Counted from the stretch's first letter, positions 19,471 through 31,911 are shown. The stretch is DNA of 64,000 nt from Gemmatimonadales bacterium (GCA_041577295.1 JBFGJG010000012.1:1-64000), one strand, 5' to 3'. Notes: generated by a model from the sequence alone, not told the origin. Translations and numbers: made by a program.

Positions 19471-21894
19471 ATGATGCAAGATCTCAAGTATGCCGTTCGC
19501 GTTCTCAGGAAGCGACCGATGTTCACGGTCGTGGCGGTCGCGACGCTCGCCCTCGGCATTGGGGCCAACACAGCAATCTTCAGCGTGGTCAACGCAGTTT
19601 TGTTGCAGCCGCTGCCATTCGAGGACCCGGACCGATTGGTGCGGGTGTATGCCACGCGGGGTCCGGAGCTGTGGACGGCATCCCCACCTGACTACACCGA
19701 TTGGCGGCGGGACAACGAGACGCTGGTAGATCTTGGCGCGTTCTACCGTCAGTCGTTCGCGCTGTCGGGTATCGGTGGAGGCGCGACACAAGTCACTGGC
19801 GCCGTGGTGAGCGCGTCCCTCTTTCCGCTCCTCGGGGTCGCACCGGCGCGTGGCGCGGCGTTCTCGGCGGAACACGAGATCGATGGAGCGGAGCTGGTGG
19901 TCATCCTGGGCGACACGTTCTGGCGCAGCCAGTTTGGTGGTGACCCCGAAATGTTGGGCCGCACGATCACACTTGGCGGCGACCAGTACACGGTCATCGG
20001 CATCATGCCGAGCGACTTTTCGTTTCCATCAAACACGGATTTTTGGGTTCCGCTCCGATTCACCGAACGAGATCTCACGACGCAGCGTGGCGCACACTAC
20101 CTCACCGTCGTTGGCCGTCTCAAGAATGGGGTGGCGGTGAAGCGTGCCGCTGCCGATCTAAGCCGTCTTGCTGATGCAATCGCCGAAGCGTACCCAAGGA
20201 GCAACGTCGGCTGGGGCGCGACGGTGGTCGGCATGCAGGACGCACTGGTGAGCGACGTTCGTCCGGCGCTCATCATTCTCCTCGGCGCGGTAGGACTCGT
20301 GTTGCTCATCGCGTGCGTCAACGTCGCAAATCTCCTGTTGGCGCGAGCGGTAGGTCGTAACCGCGAGCTGGCGATACGCGCCGCACTGGGTGCACGCCGG
20401 AGCCGGCTGATTCGTGCGCTCATGACCGAGAGCGTGGTGCTGGGTCTGCTAGGTGGTGGCGTGGGCGTGTTGCTCGCTGTGTGGGGAACAAGCCTCATCG
20501 CGGCACTCCAGGTCGGGAACATTCCGCGGCTGGACGAGGTTGGCGTCGACCGCACGGTGCTCCTGTTCGCGATCGCGATCTCGGTATTGGCTGGCGTTGC
20601 GTTTGGTGTGCTTCCAGCGATGCAAGCGTCACTTGTAGATGACGTGAATCGGCGACTGAAGGACTCCGGTCGGTCACAATTACATGATCGAAGAAGCGGT
20701 CGCACGCGACACACCCTGGTCATCGCCGAGTTGGCCCTCGCCGTCACGCTGGTGGTTGCGGCGGGACTGCTGCTGCGAAGCTTCGCCCACCTGACACGGG
20801 TGCAACCAGGCTTCGACCCTGAGGGCGTCATTGCGTTCAATCTCACGCTGCCGGATGCGCGATACGCCGAGGCCCATGAGTCGGAAATGTTCTTTGCCGA
20901 ATTGCTGGAGAGAGTCCGGGCGCTGCCGGGTGTCGAGCACGCTGGTGGAGTGTTTGGCCTCCCCATGAGCGGTTTCAGCTACAGCATGTCGGCGTACGAG
21001 CTCGATGGCATACGGCTCGAACCAGAGGAGCAAGACCGACGGTCGACGCAGGTCCGTGTGGCGACACCAGGCTACTTCGAAAGCCTGGGCATACGGATCC
21101 TGCGCGGTCGAACCTTCGCTGAGCAGGATCGGGCGGACGCCGAACCGGTACTGGTGGTCAACGAATCAGCCGCCCGGCTTCTTTGGCCCGATGAGGATCC
21201 GCTCGGTCATCGTTTGACTATCGGCACGTCGTTTGGGCTGGGTCGCGGGCGAGCCGGCGGAACCGTGGTCGGTGTCATCCCGGATATTCACGATCTTGGG
21301 CTCGACGAAGCACCGCGGCCACAGATCTATTTTGCACACCGCCAGTTCCCAGTGGACTTCATGTCGATCGCCGTTCGCACCAGCGGGGATCCGAGTCTGG
21401 TCATGGAGCCAATCCGCCGGTTAGTTGCCGAGCTCGATGCCGAGGTCCCCGTCTACGCGGTGCGTCCCGTGACGGAGCTCGTCAAGAACTCGATTGCTGA
21501 GCAGCGCTTCTATTTACGCGCGGTCGCGCTGTTCGCCATGATCGCTCTGATCCTTGCCGTGATTGGGACGTACGGCGTCATGGCGTACGGTGTGGCTCAG
21601 CGAACGGGCGAGATCGGTATCCGTCTTGCGCTGGGCGCGCGGCGCGCAGAGGTGCTCGGCTTGGTCGTGGGTCAGGGAATGCGCATCGCCGTGCTGGGAA
21701 TCGGGATCGGTCTGGTCGGTGCGTACGCGGCGACCCGCCTCATGGCGTCCGTGCTCTACGGTGTCCAACCAACCGACGTCCTCACCTTCGTGCTCGCCGC
21801 GGTCGTGTTGTCGATCGCGGCTTTCTTGGCGTGCTATCTGCCGGCGCGCCGTGCCACGCACATCGATCCCATGGAGGCGCTGCGCTATGAGTAG
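19471..21894 (+). CDS. ADOP-type duplicated MacB/FtsX ABC permease #7
   Basis: Signature motifs. Confidence 0.93.
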   Translation: MMQDLKYAVRVLRKRPMFTVVAVATLALGIGANTAIFSVVNAVLLQPLPFEDPDRLVRVYATRGPELWTASPPDYTDWRRDNETLVDLGAFYRQSFALSGIGGGATQVTGAVVSASLFPLLGVAPARGAAFSAEHEIDGAELVVILGDTFWRSQFGGDPEMLGRTITLGGDQYTVIGIMPSDFSFPSNTDFWVPLRFTERDLTTQRGAHYLTVVGRLKNGVAVKRAAADLSRLADAIAEAYPRSNVGWGATVVGMQDALVSDVRPALIILLGAVGLVLLIACVNVANLLLARAVGRNRELAIRAALGARRSRLIRALMTESVVLGLLGGGVGVLLAVWGTSLIAALQVGNIPRLDEVGVDRTVLLFAIAISVLAGVAFGVLPAMQASLVDDVNRRLKDSGRSQLHDRRSGRTRHTLVIAELALAVTLVVAAGLLLRSFAHLTRVQPGFDPEGVIAFNLTLPDARYAEAHESEMFFAELLERVRALPGVEHAGGVFGLPMSGFSYSMSAYELDGIRLEPEEQDRRSTQVRVATPGYFESLGIRILRGRTFAEQDRADAEPVLVVNESAARLLWPDEDPLGHRLTIGTSFGLGRGRAGGTVVGVIPDIHDLGLDEAPRPQIYFAHRQFPVDFMSIAVRTSGDPSLVMEPIRRLVAELDAEVPVYAVRPVTELVKNSIAEQRFYLRAVALFAMIALILAVIGTYGVMAYGVAQRTGEIGIRLALGARRAEVLGLVVGQGMRIAVLGIGIGLVGAYAATRLMASVLYGVQPTDVLTFVLAAVVLSIAAFLACYLPARRATHIDPMEALRYE

Positions 21895-21898
21895 CAAA

Positions 21899-21930
21899 GG
21901 GCGGACAGGCGAACCAGTGGACGGGCGGAG
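21899..21930 (+). repeat. Degenerate 8-nt units GGGCGGAC AGGCGAAC CAGTGGAC GGGCGGAG
   Basis: Read directly from the sequence. Confidence 0.6.
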
Positions 21931-21954
21931 TCCGAGCCACGAGGGAACGGCGAA

Positions 21955-24381
21955 ATGCTTCACGACCTGAAGTTCGCGCTCCGCACGCTGAGGACTCATC
22001 CGGCGCTTGCCTGTATCGTCGTGGTGGTGCTTGGGCTCGGCATCGGAGCGAACACAACAATCTTCACTTTGGTCAATGCGTTACTGTTGCAGCCGCCACC
22101 CCACGTTCAAGCACCGCACGAACTCGTGCGCCTCAATCGCGCGAACGAGTATACCGTTTCGGGATCGTTTAGTTACCCCGACTACGAGTTCTACCGCGCT
22201 CACAATGTGGTGTTCTCCGGGCTGGCGGCATACGGCGGGGATGGTGTGCCGGTCATGGCCCGGCGCGGGGACGTGCGTCTGCAAGCCAGCGTGATGCTGG
22301 TCTCGGCCAACTTCTTCGAGGTACTTGGCGTACGAGCGGGTCTCGGACGGACGTTCGCGCCGGAGGAGGAAACCCGGGGGCCTGAGGGGGCGGTCGCCGT
22401 GGTCAGTTATGATTTTTGGCGCGATCGATTGGGAAAGACACCGGAGGCGGTGGGTACGACGTTGAGCCTTGCTGGGCACCCTTTCACCGTCGTGGGCGTG
22501 GCGCCGGAGGGCTTCCGTGGGGTGAGTCCAGCGGAGACGGCTCCGGATCTTTTCGTCCCGCTTACCATGCAGCCCGTCGTGTTTCCGATGGGTGGAAACA
22601 TGCTCGATCGCATCGAGGGAGAAGTGCAAGTGTGGCTGCAGGCGGTTGGGCGACGTGCGCCGGGGACGGGAATCGAGGCCGTTCGCGGGAACGTGCTCGC
22701 CCTCGTTGAGCAATTGGAAGAGCAGTTTCCGCAATGGAACGAAGGACAGACGGCGTCAATCACCCAACATTTTGAGTATGCGCCTGCGCTTCGCACTCGG
22801 CTCGTTCGTTTGCTACAGCTGTTATTTGCAGTGGTTGCGGCCGTCCTGCTGATTGCATGCGCGAACGTGGCGATCCTCCTGTTGGCGCGCGCGTCTGGAC
22901 GACGCCGCGAATTTGGAGTCCGGTTGGCCATTGGAGCTGGTCGGATGCGCTTGGTCCGTCAACTCATGGTCGAAAGCTGCGTGTTGGCGTTGCTCGCGGC
23001 GGTCGTGGGTCTGGTGGTTTCCGCGTGGTTTGTGGACGCAGCCGCTTTCCTTTTGCCCGGTTCGTTCCACCTCGACCTTCGCCCGGACGGCTTGGTGATG
23101 GGCTTTTCCATCGGTCTCGCGCTGGTCACGGTGTTGTTCTTCGGAGTTGCGCCCGCCTGGCTCGCATCCCGCCCGCAAGTCGTCGAAGAGCTAAAAGGAA
23201 TGACGGAAGGGCCAGACCGCTCAGTCGTCCGGAGCGCTTTGGTCGTGATCCAGGTAGCAGTGTCCATTGTGCTGGTTGTTGCCGCAGGACTGTTTGTGCG
23301 CAGCCTCAACCGCGTGCAGTCGCTGGATCTCGGCTTTGCCGCAAGCAATCGACTCGTCGTCTCGATGAACTTGCGGTCTGTTGGCTTGGATGCAGACCGC
23401 GGGGTCGCTTTTCTCACCGAAGCCCTCAATCGCATCCGGGCGTTGCCAGGGGTCCATACGGCGACGACGGCGAGCCTGATCCCGTTTCGGGGAATATGGA
23501 CGACCAGCGTACGAGCAGAGGGTGTCGAGCTTTCTGCCGGACAGACGGGTTTCGAGACGGGTATCAACAGGGTCGGGCCTGATTACTTCCGAACCATGGG
23601 CATACCGCTGCAGCGAGGAAGGGAATTCTCTTTTGCTGATCGTGCCGGCGTTCCCGACGTTGCCGTGGTCAATCAAACGCTAGCCTCTCAGTTGTGGGGA
23701 GAAGGAGATCCGGTGGGTCAGATGATCAGGCGAGGTCCACGACTACTGCGCGTTATCGGGATCGTCCCCACCGTCACCTACTACGATCTTGGCGAAGATC
23801 CCCAGTCCCAGCTCTACGTTCCGGTTCTGCAGCAATACGATCCTGTCGCGAACCTGGTCGTGGAGACCCGGGATGACCCCAGGGCACTCGTCGCCCAGGT
23901 CGAACGGGAGCTGCGAGCTGCGCAGCCCGATTTGATCATTTCGCGCAGCGTGACGCTGTCGCAGATCGTTAGAGAAGAGACGAGCACCTTCCGCATGGTT
24001 GCGACGCTCGTGTCGTTGTTTGGCTTTCTGGCGGTGGCGTTAGCAGCTGCCGGTTTGTATGGAGTGCAGTCTTTCCTCGTTACCCAGCGCACCCGAGAGT
24101 TCGGCGTGCGAATGGCGCTCGGTGCCCGCGGTACCCAAGTGGCCGTGGTCGTCCTGCGGCGGGCTGTCAAACTCGCGGGCATCGGTATCGCCGTGGGACT
24201 TGTCGGTGCGTGGGTCGGTGTCCGCTTTGTCGAAGGGTTTCTGTTTGGTGTGGACGCGCGAGATCCCATGACCTTCGCGATCGTGCCCGTGACAGTCATC
24301 GCTGTTGCAACCCTTGCCAGTGTCGTTCCGGCACGCCGTGCGAGCAATATCGATCCTATAACCGCATTGAGACACGAATAA
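21955..24381 (+). CDS. ADOP-type duplicated MacB/FtsX ABC permease #8
   Basis: Signature motifs. Confidence 0.93.
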   Translation: MLHDLKFALRTLRTHPALACIVVVVLGLGIGANTTIFTLVNALLLQPPPHVQAPHELVRLNRANEYTVSGSFSYPDYEFYRAHNVVFSGLAAYGGDGVPVMARRGDVRLQASVMLVSANFFEVLGVRAGLGRTFAPEEETRGPEGAVAVVSYDFWRDRLGKTPEAVGTTLSLAGHPFTVVGVAPEGFRGVSPAETAPDLFVPLTMQPVVFPMGGNMLDRIEGEVQVWLQAVGRRAPGTGIEAVRGNVLALVEQLEEQFPQWNEGQTASITQHFEYAPALRTRLVRLLQLLFAVVAAVLLIACANVAILLLARASGRRREFGVRLAIGAGRMRLVRQLMVESCVLALLAAVVGLVVSAWFVDAAAFLLPGSFHLDLRPDGLVMGFSIGLALVTVLFFGVAPAWLASRPQVVEELKGMTEGPDRSVVRSALVVIQVAVSIVLVVAAGLFVRSLNRVQSLDLGFAASNRLVVSMNLRSVGLDADRGVAFLTEALNRIRALPGVHTATTASLIPFRGIWTTSVRAEGVELSAGQTGFETGINRVGPDYFRTMGIPLQRGREFSFADRAGVPDVAVVNQTLASQLWGEGDPVGQMIRRGPRLLRVIGIVPTVTYYDLGEDPQSQLYVPVLQQYDPVANLVVETRDDPRALVAQVERELRAAQPDLIISRSVTLSQIVREETSTFRMVATLVSLFGFLAVALAAAGLYGVQSFLVTQRTREFGVRMALGARGTQVAVVVLRRAVKLAGIGIAVGLVGAWVGVRFVEGFLFGVDARDPMTFAIVPVTVIAVATLASVVPARRASNIDPITALRHE

Positions 24382-24467
24382 CGATCGGACGGACACCGAG
24401 ATGGAAGAACGGCCTGACGGGAAACGGAAACAACGATCCAAAGTACTCGACAGCGTAGTGAGGTCGC

Positions 24468-26915
24468 GTGCTGGCTGACTTGCGTTACGCACTCCGAATC
24501 CTACGGAAGCAACCCGGGTTTGCGGTGGCCGCCGTTCTCACCCTCGCACTGGGAATCGGGGCGAACACGGCGATCTTCAGCCTGGTCAGTGGCGTTTTGC
24601 TCCGCCAGCTCCCGTACGCCGAGCCGGATCGACTGGTCATGATTTTTGGTGGCGACCAAGACGGCCAGTTCTCGGTTTCGGAGCAGGAGCTGATTCGATA
24701 CCGCGAGCAGGATGACGTCTTTCAGTCGGTTGCTGGCTTTAGCTACAGCTGGGCGACGTTGTCCGGCGACGCTGCGGCTGAACGGGTGTTGGCTGGGCGG
24801 GTGAATGCAGGGTTGGTGGAGGCATTGGGTGTGAGTCCGCAGCTCGGACGCACCTTCGATCTCTCCGAAGACGCGCAGGGCAATAATGCGGTTGCGATGC
24901 TCAGCTACGAGCTGTGGCAGCGTCGTTTCGGGGGCGATCCCGATGTCGTCGGCAAGACGCTGGTGGCCGAGGGCATCACGCACGACATCGTCGGGGTGTT
25001 GCCACCCGACTTTCGGCTTCCGTTGGATTTCGTAGGCTCGCGGGCCGAACTGTTCGTTCCGCTCGCCTTGGGCAGCACGCCCGATCCTCGGAATATCCAC
25101 TATCTCCAGGCTGTTGGGCTGCTCCAGCGAGGCATCGGGCTCGCAGAGGCGCAAGGGAAGCTTCGCGCATTTTCCACACGGCTGCGCGACGAGATTGGGA
25201 CGTTGCCACCCACCTTCGAAGCACGTCTGGTTCCCTTGACCGAACAGATCTTCGGAGACATTCGGCCCGTGCTCCTGATCCTGCTTGGTGCAACGGGCAT
25301 CGTGCTGCTCGTTGCGTGCGTCAACGTGGCGAACCTCATGCTCGCTCGGGGAGATGCCCGCAGCCGTGAGATCGCTGTGCGCGCGGCGTTGGGCGCGGGT
25401 CGCTTCCGGCTGATACGACAATCAGTCACTGAATCCCTCACGTTGGCCATGCTCGGTGGTGCGGTGGGAATCGTGGTGGCCGCCTGGATCGTGCAGACAA
25501 TTGTCTTCGTCAATCCATGGAATATTCCACGGCTCGACGAGGTGGGTCTCGACGTCGGGGTACTCCTGTTCAGCGGAGTGCTCTCGGTAGCGGCAGGGAT
25601 CGGCTTTGGTCTCTTTCCCGCGTTTCAGCTTACGCGCCGCGATGTTCAGGAAAGTTTGCACCTAGGGACCCGAGGTGCCGGGGGCGAGGGAAGCCTCTCG
25701 CTGCGGCGTGCGCTAGTCACGACGCAGATGGCGCTTGCGGTGATGCTAGCGATTGGTGCCGGGTTGTTGGTTCGGAGCGCGTTACGACTGAACGAGGTGG
25801 AGCGGGGCTTCGTCACGGAGAAAATTTTCCTGGCGCGACTGGCCTTGCCGGGTGCTGAGTTTCCGCAACCGGAGGGTGCGCGGGAATTCTACCGCAGCCT
25901 TCTCGAAAGCCTCCGTGGTCAGGCCTCGGTGAGTGCGGCCGCGGCCGTGAGCCACGTCCCACTGTTGAACGGCCCCGGCGACTGGGGGATTCGCATCGAA
26001 GGGCGAGAGGAAGAACGCCTGCCGGGCGGGCGGCGTCCCTATGCGGATTGGGTCATTGCCAGCGATGGTTACTTCGAGACGCTCGGGATCCAACTCGTCG
26101 TGGGGCGCACCTTTACGCCTCAGGACGACTCGAGAGCGGTTCCCGTGGTGGTGATCAACGAAACAGCCTCACGTCGGTACTGGGGTACCGATTCACCGAT
26201 CGGCGCGCGTTTTCGCCTCACCACGGATATCGATCAGGTCTACCGCACTGTAATCGGCGTGGTGGCCGACATCAGGCAAGACGGATTAGATGAAGAGGTG
26301 CAGCCAACGATGTACCTGCCGCTCGCGCAATTTCCCGGCAACCCCGACTATCGCATGGGCAACCAGTACCCCGGACAATCCATGGCGCTCGTCGTCAAAA
26401 CAACGGGAGATCCGCTTGCGATCACGCCGCTGGTCCGTCGAGAGGTCGCGTCGTTGAACCGCGGAATCCCGGTGTCTGGAGCGCAGAGCATGGTTCAGGT
26501 CGTCTCCGGGTGGTCCGCGCGCCGACGGATGAACGCACTGTTGTTCAGCAGTTTTGGACTGCTTGCACTGGTGCTGGGCGCAGTTGGCGTGTACGGGATC
26601 AACGCATATGCCGTGGCACGGCGAACGCAGGAGTTTGGGGTTCGGTTGGCACTCGGGTCGACACCCCGCGAGATGGTGCGACTCGTGCTGCATCAGGGAT
26701 TGACCCTGGCACTGCTCGGAGTCCTCCTCGGGACCGCGGCAGCCCTCGCACTGAGCCAGCTGCTGACTGGCTTGCTGTTTGGCATCGGCAGCCGAGATCT
26801 CATCACCTTCTCGAGCGTACCTCTCTTCCTAGTCGTGGTTGCGTTTGCGGCGTGTTACATCCCTGCGCGGCGGGCGAGCAACATCGATCCGATCAAAGCG
26901 CTGCGATATGAGTAA
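24468..26915 (+). CDS. ADOP-type duplicated MacB/FtsX ABC permease #9
   Basis: Signature motifs; GTG start after GAGG. Confidence 0.93.
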   Translation: MLADLRYALRILRKQPGFAVAAVLTLALGIGANTAIFSLVSGVLLRQLPYAEPDRLVMIFGGDQDGQFSVSEQELIRYREQDDVFQSVAGFSYSWATLSGDAAAERVLAGRVNAGLVEALGVSPQLGRTFDLSEDAQGNNAVAMLSYELWQRRFGGDPDVVGKTLVAEGITHDIVGVLPPDFRLPLDFVGSRAELFVPLALGSTPDPRNIHYLQAVGLLQRGIGLAEAQGKLRAFSTRLRDEIGTLPPTFEARLVPLTEQIFGDIRPVLLILLGATGIVLLVACVNVANLMLARGDARSREIAVRAALGAGRFRLIRQSVTESLTLAMLGGAVGIVVAAWIVQTIVFVNPWNIPRLDEVGLDVGVLLFSGVLSVAAGIGFGLFPAFQLTRRDVQESLHLGTRGAGGEGSLSLRRALVTTQMALAVMLAIGAGLLVRSALRLNEVERGFVTEKIFLARLALPGAEFPQPEGAREFYRSLLESLRGQASVSAAAAVSHVPLLNGPGDWGIRIEGREEERLPGGRRPYADWVIASDGYFETLGIQLVVGRTFTPQDDSRAVPVVVINETASRRYWGTDSPIGARFRLTTDIDQVYRTVIGVVADIRQDGLDEEVQPTMYLPLAQFPGNPDYRMGNQYPGQSMALVVKTTGDPLAITPLVRREVASLNRGIPVSGAQSMVQVVSGWSARRRMNALLFSSFGLLALVLGAVGVYGINAYAVARRTQEFGVRLALGSTPREMVRLVLHQGLTLALLGVLLGTAAALALSQLLTGLLFGIGSRDLITFSSVPLFLVVVAFAACYIPARRASNIDPIKALRYE

Positions 26916-26931
26916 GGGCGGACGGTAGCCA

Positions 26932-29310
26932 ATGCTTCATGACTTCCAATTAGCGTTTCGCACGCTCCGGCGTCAGCTCGGTTTTACTGCAATCGCGGTG
27001 GCGACCCTCGCGTTAGGCATCGGGGCAAACACCGCCGTGTTCAGTGTCGTCCACGCGGTCCTGCTACGACCGCTTCCGTTCGACGAGCCACACGAACTCG
27101 TCGCCATCTGGCCCGAGGCGCTCGTATCCAAACAGGAGTTTGCCGAACGTCGTGGCTGGTTCCGGGCGTACGACGATCTCTTCATCTGGACCAGGTGGGG
27201 CTTCACACTGACGGGTCACAGTGAAGCAGAAGAGCTCGACGGTGTACGGGCGAGCGCTGCCCTGTTTCGGACACTCGGTGTCGAAGCGGCACTTGGGAGG
27301 ACGTTTGCGTCCGATGAAGACCAGCCTGGCCAAGATAAGGTCGTGGTGCTGAGCGACGGCCTGTGGCGTCGCCGCTTTGGCGCGGACTCGAGTGTTATCG
27401 GACAGACGATTACCATCGGTGGAACTGCACATAGCATTATCGGTGTGATGCCCAGCGGGTTCGCGTTTCCGACACGCGACCGCGAGCTGTACGTACCGCT
27501 GAGCTTCGATCCCTCCGATCAGAACGACTATACGGCACACTATCTCGGGCTGGTGGGACGACTGGGGAGCGGCTGGACCATTCCATCGGCCGACGCCGAG
27601 TTGCGAACCGTCATCGACCGAATCCGGGCAACCGAGCGCGTTCCGGAGGATTATGGGCAAACGGCGAGCCTGGTGCCGCTCCGGGGGCGCATCGTGGGAG
27701 ACGTGGGAGACGCGTTGCTGCTTCTCTGGGGCGGCGTTGGGCTCGTCCTGGTGTTGTCCTGCGTGAACGTGGCCAACCTGATGCTCGTCCGAGGAACCGT
27801 GCAGCAGCGCGATCTGGCCCTACGCGCGGCATTGGGTGGTGGACGGGTGCGTGTGGCGCGCACCGTTGTGTCTGAGAGTTTGGTTTTGGCCGCTCTCGGT
27901 GGCCTCGGCGGCGGTGTGCTCGCAGTCTGGCTCGTCGAAACCTTCATGGAACTGATTCCACCGGGTATCGCGATGCTGGGCGCCGTCCGCGTTGACCCGT
28001 TGGTGTTCGGGTTCGTGGCACTCGCGGCCGGGAGCTCTGCCGTCCTCTTTGGGCTGGTGCCGAGTATTCGGCTGTCCGCCGTCGAGCTGGAGACGGTACT
28101 GCGTGAAGGAAGTGGCGGCTCACTCGGTCGCGGTAGACTGCGGTTGCAGCATGCGCTGGTCGTGGGCGAAGTGGCACTCGCCGTGACGCTGCTCGTTGGC
28201 GCCGGGCTCATGTTGCGAAGCTTCTGGCTACTCCAGCGTGTGGACCCCGGCTTTCAGGCTGAGCACGCGTTGGAGCTCCGACTCGCACCACCGGCCGCGA
28301 AATACCAAGGTCCAGTTGCCCGATGGAACTACTACGACCGAGTCGTTGACCAACTCAAGGCGATCAATGGCGTTGAAGCAGTTGGTGGGATCGTGGCACC
28401 ACCGCTTGGTGATCGGAACTTTGCGCATCGTTTCGAAATCGATGAAAGACCGGTTCCTGAGGAAGATCGCCCGAGCGTAAACTGGCGTGCGGTCACGCCA
28501 GATTACTTCCGTGCGATGGGCATTCCGTTATTGAGTGGGCGTGCCTTCGATGCGAGGGATCGCAACGATGCTGCGAAGGTGGCGTTGGTCAACGAGACGC
28601 TCGCACGCCAGTACTTCGGTGACGGTGAGGCGCTTGGACAGCGAGTTCGAACGGGTTTCGACGGACAGAGTTGGGTGACGATCGTCGGAGTGGTTGGTGA
28701 CGTGCATCAGTCGAGCCTGGCCGAGGTGACACAGCCCGAATTGTATCGGCCGTTCGCACAGTGGCCGTGGTTCGACCTGACATTCGTGCTTCGCACGACT
28801 GGGGATCCCGTAAGCCTCGCCACCGAGGTGAGGCGTGCCATCTGGGCCATCGATCGGGACGTGCCAATTTCGGACATGACATCGCTCGAGCAAAAAGTGT
28901 CTCAATCCATCGCACAGCCCAGGTTTTACACCGCCCTGCTGGGTTCATTCGCCCTCATGGGACTGGTGCTTGGTGCGGTTGGGCTCTTCGGTGTCCTGTC
29001 GTTTTCAGTGAGCCGTCGCACGCGGGAGATTGGACTGCGCATGGCATTGGGCGCTGCCCGATCAGAAGTCCTGCGTATGATTCTTCGCCGTGGGCTCGGC
29101 TTGACCCTGTTAGGTGTCGGGCTTGGGTTGCTCAGCGCCTATTGGATCGCAGGACTCATGAGCGGTCTGCTCTTTGGTGTCAGCACGCACGATCCCACAA
29201 CGTTTGCCGGTGTGGCGCTCGTCCTCACCGTTACCTCCATAGTCGCTTCGCTAATTCCGGCACGTCGCGCCACCCGCATCGATCCGACCGAAGCTTTGCG
29301 ATACGAATAA
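26932..29310 (+). CDS. ADOP-type duplicated MacB/FtsX ABC permease #10
   Basis: Signature motifs. Confidence 0.93.
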   Translation: MLHDFQLAFRTLRRQLGFTAIAVATLALGIGANTAVFSVVHAVLLRPLPFDEPHELVAIWPEALVSKQEFAERRGWFRAYDDLFIWTRWGFTLTGHSEAEELDGVRASAALFRTLGVEAALGRTFASDEDQPGQDKVVVLSDGLWRRRFGADSSVIGQTITIGGTAHSIIGVMPSGFAFPTRDRELYVPLSFDPSDQNDYTAHYLGLVGRLGSGWTIPSADAELRTVIDRIRATERVPEDYGQTASLVPLRGRIVGDVGDALLLLWGGVGLVLVLSCVNVANLMLVRGTVQQRDLALRAALGGGRVRVARTVVSESLVLAALGGLGGGVLAVWLVETFMELIPPGIAMLGAVRVDPLVFGFVALAAGSSAVLFGLVPSIRLSAVELETVLREGSGGSLGRGRLRLQHALVVGEVALAVTLLVGAGLMLRSFWLLQRVDPGFQAEHALELRLAPPAAKYQGPVARWNYYDRVVDQLKAINGVEAVGGIVAPPLGDRNFAHRFEIDERPVPEEDRPSVNWRAVTPDYFRAMGIPLLSGRAFDARDRNDAAKVALVNETLARQYFGDGEALGQRVRTGFDGQSWVTIVGVVGDVHQSSLAEVTQPELYRPFAQWPWFDLTFVLRTTGDPVSLATEVRRAIWAIDRDVPISDMTSLEQKVSQSIAQPRFYTALLGSFALMGLVLGAVGLFGVLSFSVSRRTREIGLRMALGAARSEVLRMILRRGLGLTLLGVGLGLLSAYWIAGLMSGLLFGVSTHDPTTFAGVALVLTVTSIVASLIPARRATRIDPTEALRYE

Positions 29311-29350
29311 AGGACAGAAAGTTGAAAAGGCGTAGGGACGGAAAGACGTT
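29311..29350 (+). repeat. Spacer made of exactly five 8-nt units AGGACAGA AAGTTGAA AAGGCGTA GGGACGGA AAGACGTT
   Basis: Fills the whole 40-nt stop-to-start gap. Confidence 0.65.
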
Positions 29351-31840
29351 GTGCACGATCTGAAGTTCGCGCTGCGAAGTCTGCGGAAGCATCCCGGGTT
29401 TACCGCGGTGGTCGTCTTGACACTGGCGCTTGGGATCGGTGCGAACTCGGCCATCTTCTCCGTCGTAAACAGCGTTCTCCGGCGACCGCTCCCATACTCC
29501 GATCCGGATAACCTGGTGTTGCTCTGGCACCGGGCAGAGGAGGCGGGAGTCGAGCGTCTGCGCATTTCGGCCCCCGACGTGGCCGAGTTTCGCGACGTCG
29601 CGACGACGCTTCACCAATTCGCGTTCATCAACGGTGTGTCGGATGTATCCGTGACTGGTGAAGGGCGGCCTGCTCACGCACGGGTGGCCCGCGTGAGTCA
29701 TAACTTGTTCACGAGTCTTGGTGTGGCACCAGTCTTGGGACGTGATTTCATCCCGGGCGAAGCTGTCGTCCCCCAAGCAATGGTCGAAGACTCGACGGCA
29801 CGCATTCCCCCCGGTGTCCTTCTCATCTCTCACGACGTCTGGCATGACCGTTTTGCTGCGGATTCGAGCGTCATCGGTCGAGCAGTGGCGCTGAATGGGG
29901 AGGGAAGCATCGTCATCGGTGTCCTACCCAACGGCTTTGCACTGCGGCTCCCGCCATCCGCAGGATTCTCGACCGACATCGATATGTGGACGCCGATCCG
30001 TAGCGAGTTGGACGAGTATCTGCGCGCCGACGGCAGGTTGGAGGATCAGGATAGCGACAACACCGGCGTCGTCATCGCCCGGTTGGCCGCTGGCGCGACA
30101 CTCGCCGACGCGCGCGCGGAGATGATGACGATCGCAGCACGGCAACGGAGTGACATTCCCGCTTATCGGGAAGCCGGAATCACGATCGAGGTCAACCGGT
30201 TCCACGCTGACACCGTGGCGCACGTGCGTCCTGCGCTGCTCGCGCTTCTCGGGGCGGTGGGCTTCGTGTTGCTCATCGCCTGCATCAACGTGGCGAATCT
30301 CGCGTTGTCTCGGGCGATGAGCCGGCAGCGAGAGATGGCGCTGCGTACTGCAATTGGAGCGAGTAGGGCGCGTCTCGTCCGCGGCGTATTGGTGGAGAGC
30401 GCGGTACTCGCTGGCCTCGGAGGCCTGACCGGGTTTGTCATGGCGTTGTGGGGGACGGATTTGCTATGGCGCATCCGGCCAACGGTGCTGGCGGACGCGG
30501 AGTGGGTGACATTGGATTGGAGTGTGGTGACCTTCACGACTGGCGCCACGCTCATCGCAGCACTCCTGTTTGGCGCTGCACCGGCGCTCGACGCGTCCCT
30601 TCAAGGGGGTCTCGGCGCCTTGCGTGAGTTTGGCGCAACCGGTGTTAGCGGTGGACGGGTGCGCCTGCGACGCATCCTCGTCATCTCCGAGGTTGCCCTG
30701 TCGGTCGTTCTGTTGATCGGTGCCGGGCTCATGCTCCGGTCGGTGGTACGCCTCCAGCAGGTCGATCCGGGGTTCGATCCGACCGGTGTCTGGACCTTTC
30801 GTCTTTCGTTGACCGATCTCGCTGGATACGAAGGCCCCGCTGCGCGCGCGCGGTTCCTGAAAGATGCGAGTGACCGTCTGAGCACCGTGCGCGGCGTGGA
30901 GGCCGTGGGGGCCATCGCGGGTCTCCCGCTCGGCGGCGAATCGTGGACTCAACCATACGGATTCGGCGACGAACCCCGCGAAGAGTGGCGTCGTCATCGA
31001 GCAAACTTTCGTATGGTGACCTCTGGATACTTCGCCGCAATGGGCACGAGGTTGCTGCGCGGGCGCTCGTTTACGCCGGACGAGGATCTCACGGAGGCGA
31101 GGAGGGTCGTCATCATCGACGAGCAACTCGCGGAGCGGCTATCAGCCGACGGTGGCGTTCTTGGTCGCACCATCGGTTTTCCTCTCGACGGTGCACCGGT
31201 CGTGGCCGAGGTGGTAGGAGTAGTCGAAACGGTGCGTCACGAGTCGTTGCTTCACGAGGGTCGCGAAACGATCTATGTCCCGTATCGGCAGGAAGCGTCG
31301 CGTGAAGTCGCCATGGTCGTGCGCTCATCAGGCGCGCTCGGCACGCCGGCAGCAACCGTCCGCGCGAGCATTGGTGAGCTCGATCCGCGCGTTCCCGTCT
31401 TTGACATCCGACACATGGAACAGTATGTGGCCAGTGCGCTTGCTCCGAGCAGATTCACGTTACTCCTGATTGGTTCCTTTGCCGTGATCGCATTGGGACT
31501 GGCCGCGATCGGTCTGTACGGGGTGGTGTCTCACTGGGTGGGCCAACGAGTTCCAGAGTTCGGTGTGCGCATTGCCCTCGGTGCCCGTGGCGTCGACGTC
31601 CTGCGAGATGTTCTGAAGCGCGGTACCGCGCTCGTGACGGTCGGCGTTGCCACCGGCGTTCTCCTCGCACTCGTGGTCACGCGGGTGATGCAGGGGCTCC
31701 TGTTTGGCGTCACCGCGGCCGATCCCGTTACGTATCTCATCATCACGGCGACGGTCATCTTGGTTTGCGCGGTCGCCACCTACCTGCCGGCGCGCCGCGC
31801 CTCACGGGTCGATCCCCTCGTCGCGCTCAGAAGCGAATAA
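29351..31840 (+). CDS. ADOP-type duplicated MacB/FtsX ABC permease #11
   Basis: Signature motifs; GTG start. Confidence 0.93.
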   Translation: MHDLKFALRSLRKHPGFTAVVVLTLALGIGANSAIFSVVNSVLRRPLPYSDPDNLVLLWHRAEEAGVERLRISAPDVAEFRDVATTLHQFAFINGVSDVSVTGEGRPAHARVARVSHNLFTSLGVAPVLGRDFIPGEAVVPQAMVEDSTARIPPGVLLISHDVWHDRFAADSSVIGRAVALNGEGSIVIGVLPNGFALRLPPSAGFSTDIDMWTPIRSELDEYLRADGRLEDQDSDNTGVVIARLAAGATLADARAEMMTIAARQRSDIPAYREAGITIEVNRFHADTVAHVRPALLALLGAVGFVLLIACINVANLALSRAMSRQREMALRTAIGASRARLVRGVLVESAVLAGLGGLTGFVMALWGTDLLWRIRPTVLADAEWVTLDWSVVTFTTGATLIAALLFGAAPALDASLQGGLGALREFGATGVSGGRVRLRRILVISEVALSVVLLIGAGLMLRSVVRLQQVDPGFDPTGVWTFRLSLTDLAGYEGPAARARFLKDASDRLSTVRGVEAVGAIAGLPLGGESWTQPYGFGDEPREEWRRHRANFRMVTSGYFAAMGTRLLRGRSFTPDEDLTEARRVVIIDEQLAERLSADGGVLGRTIGFPLDGAPVVAEVVGVVETVRHESLLHEGRETIYVPYRQEASREVAMVVRSSGALGTPAATVRASIGELDPRVPVFDIRHMEQYVASALAPSRFTLLLIGSFAVIALGLAAIGLYGVVSHWVGQRVPEFGVRIALGARGVDVLRDVLKRGTALVTVGVATGVLLALVVTRVMQGLLFGVTAADPVTYLIITATVILVCAVATYLPARRASRVDPLVALRSE

Positions 31841-31876
31841 ACCCCGCCGAGCCGCCTCGCACCCCGCCAGCGGCGT

Positions 31877-31911
31877 GTTCGGTTTTGGGACGCCGCTTTG
31901 CAGTGTCGAAC
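31877..31911. promoter_or_regulatory. Putative upstream activator site, copy 3
   Basis: GTTCG-GTTT-TGGGAC-GCCGC-TTTGCA-GTGT-CGAAC; ends 75 bp before the sigma54 box. Confidence 0.7.

Noticed and set aside
9239..29350. Spacer repeats considered as a CRISPR array or attC sites
   Set aside because: Units are 7-8 nt and contiguous with no unique spacers; no attC-type inverted core sites and no cas or integrase gene in the window
4332..31840. Array considered as an assembly artefact, recent amplification or DGR target
   Set aside because: Copies are highly divergent intact ORFs; no long identical repeats, template/variable repeat pair or reverse transcriptase seen
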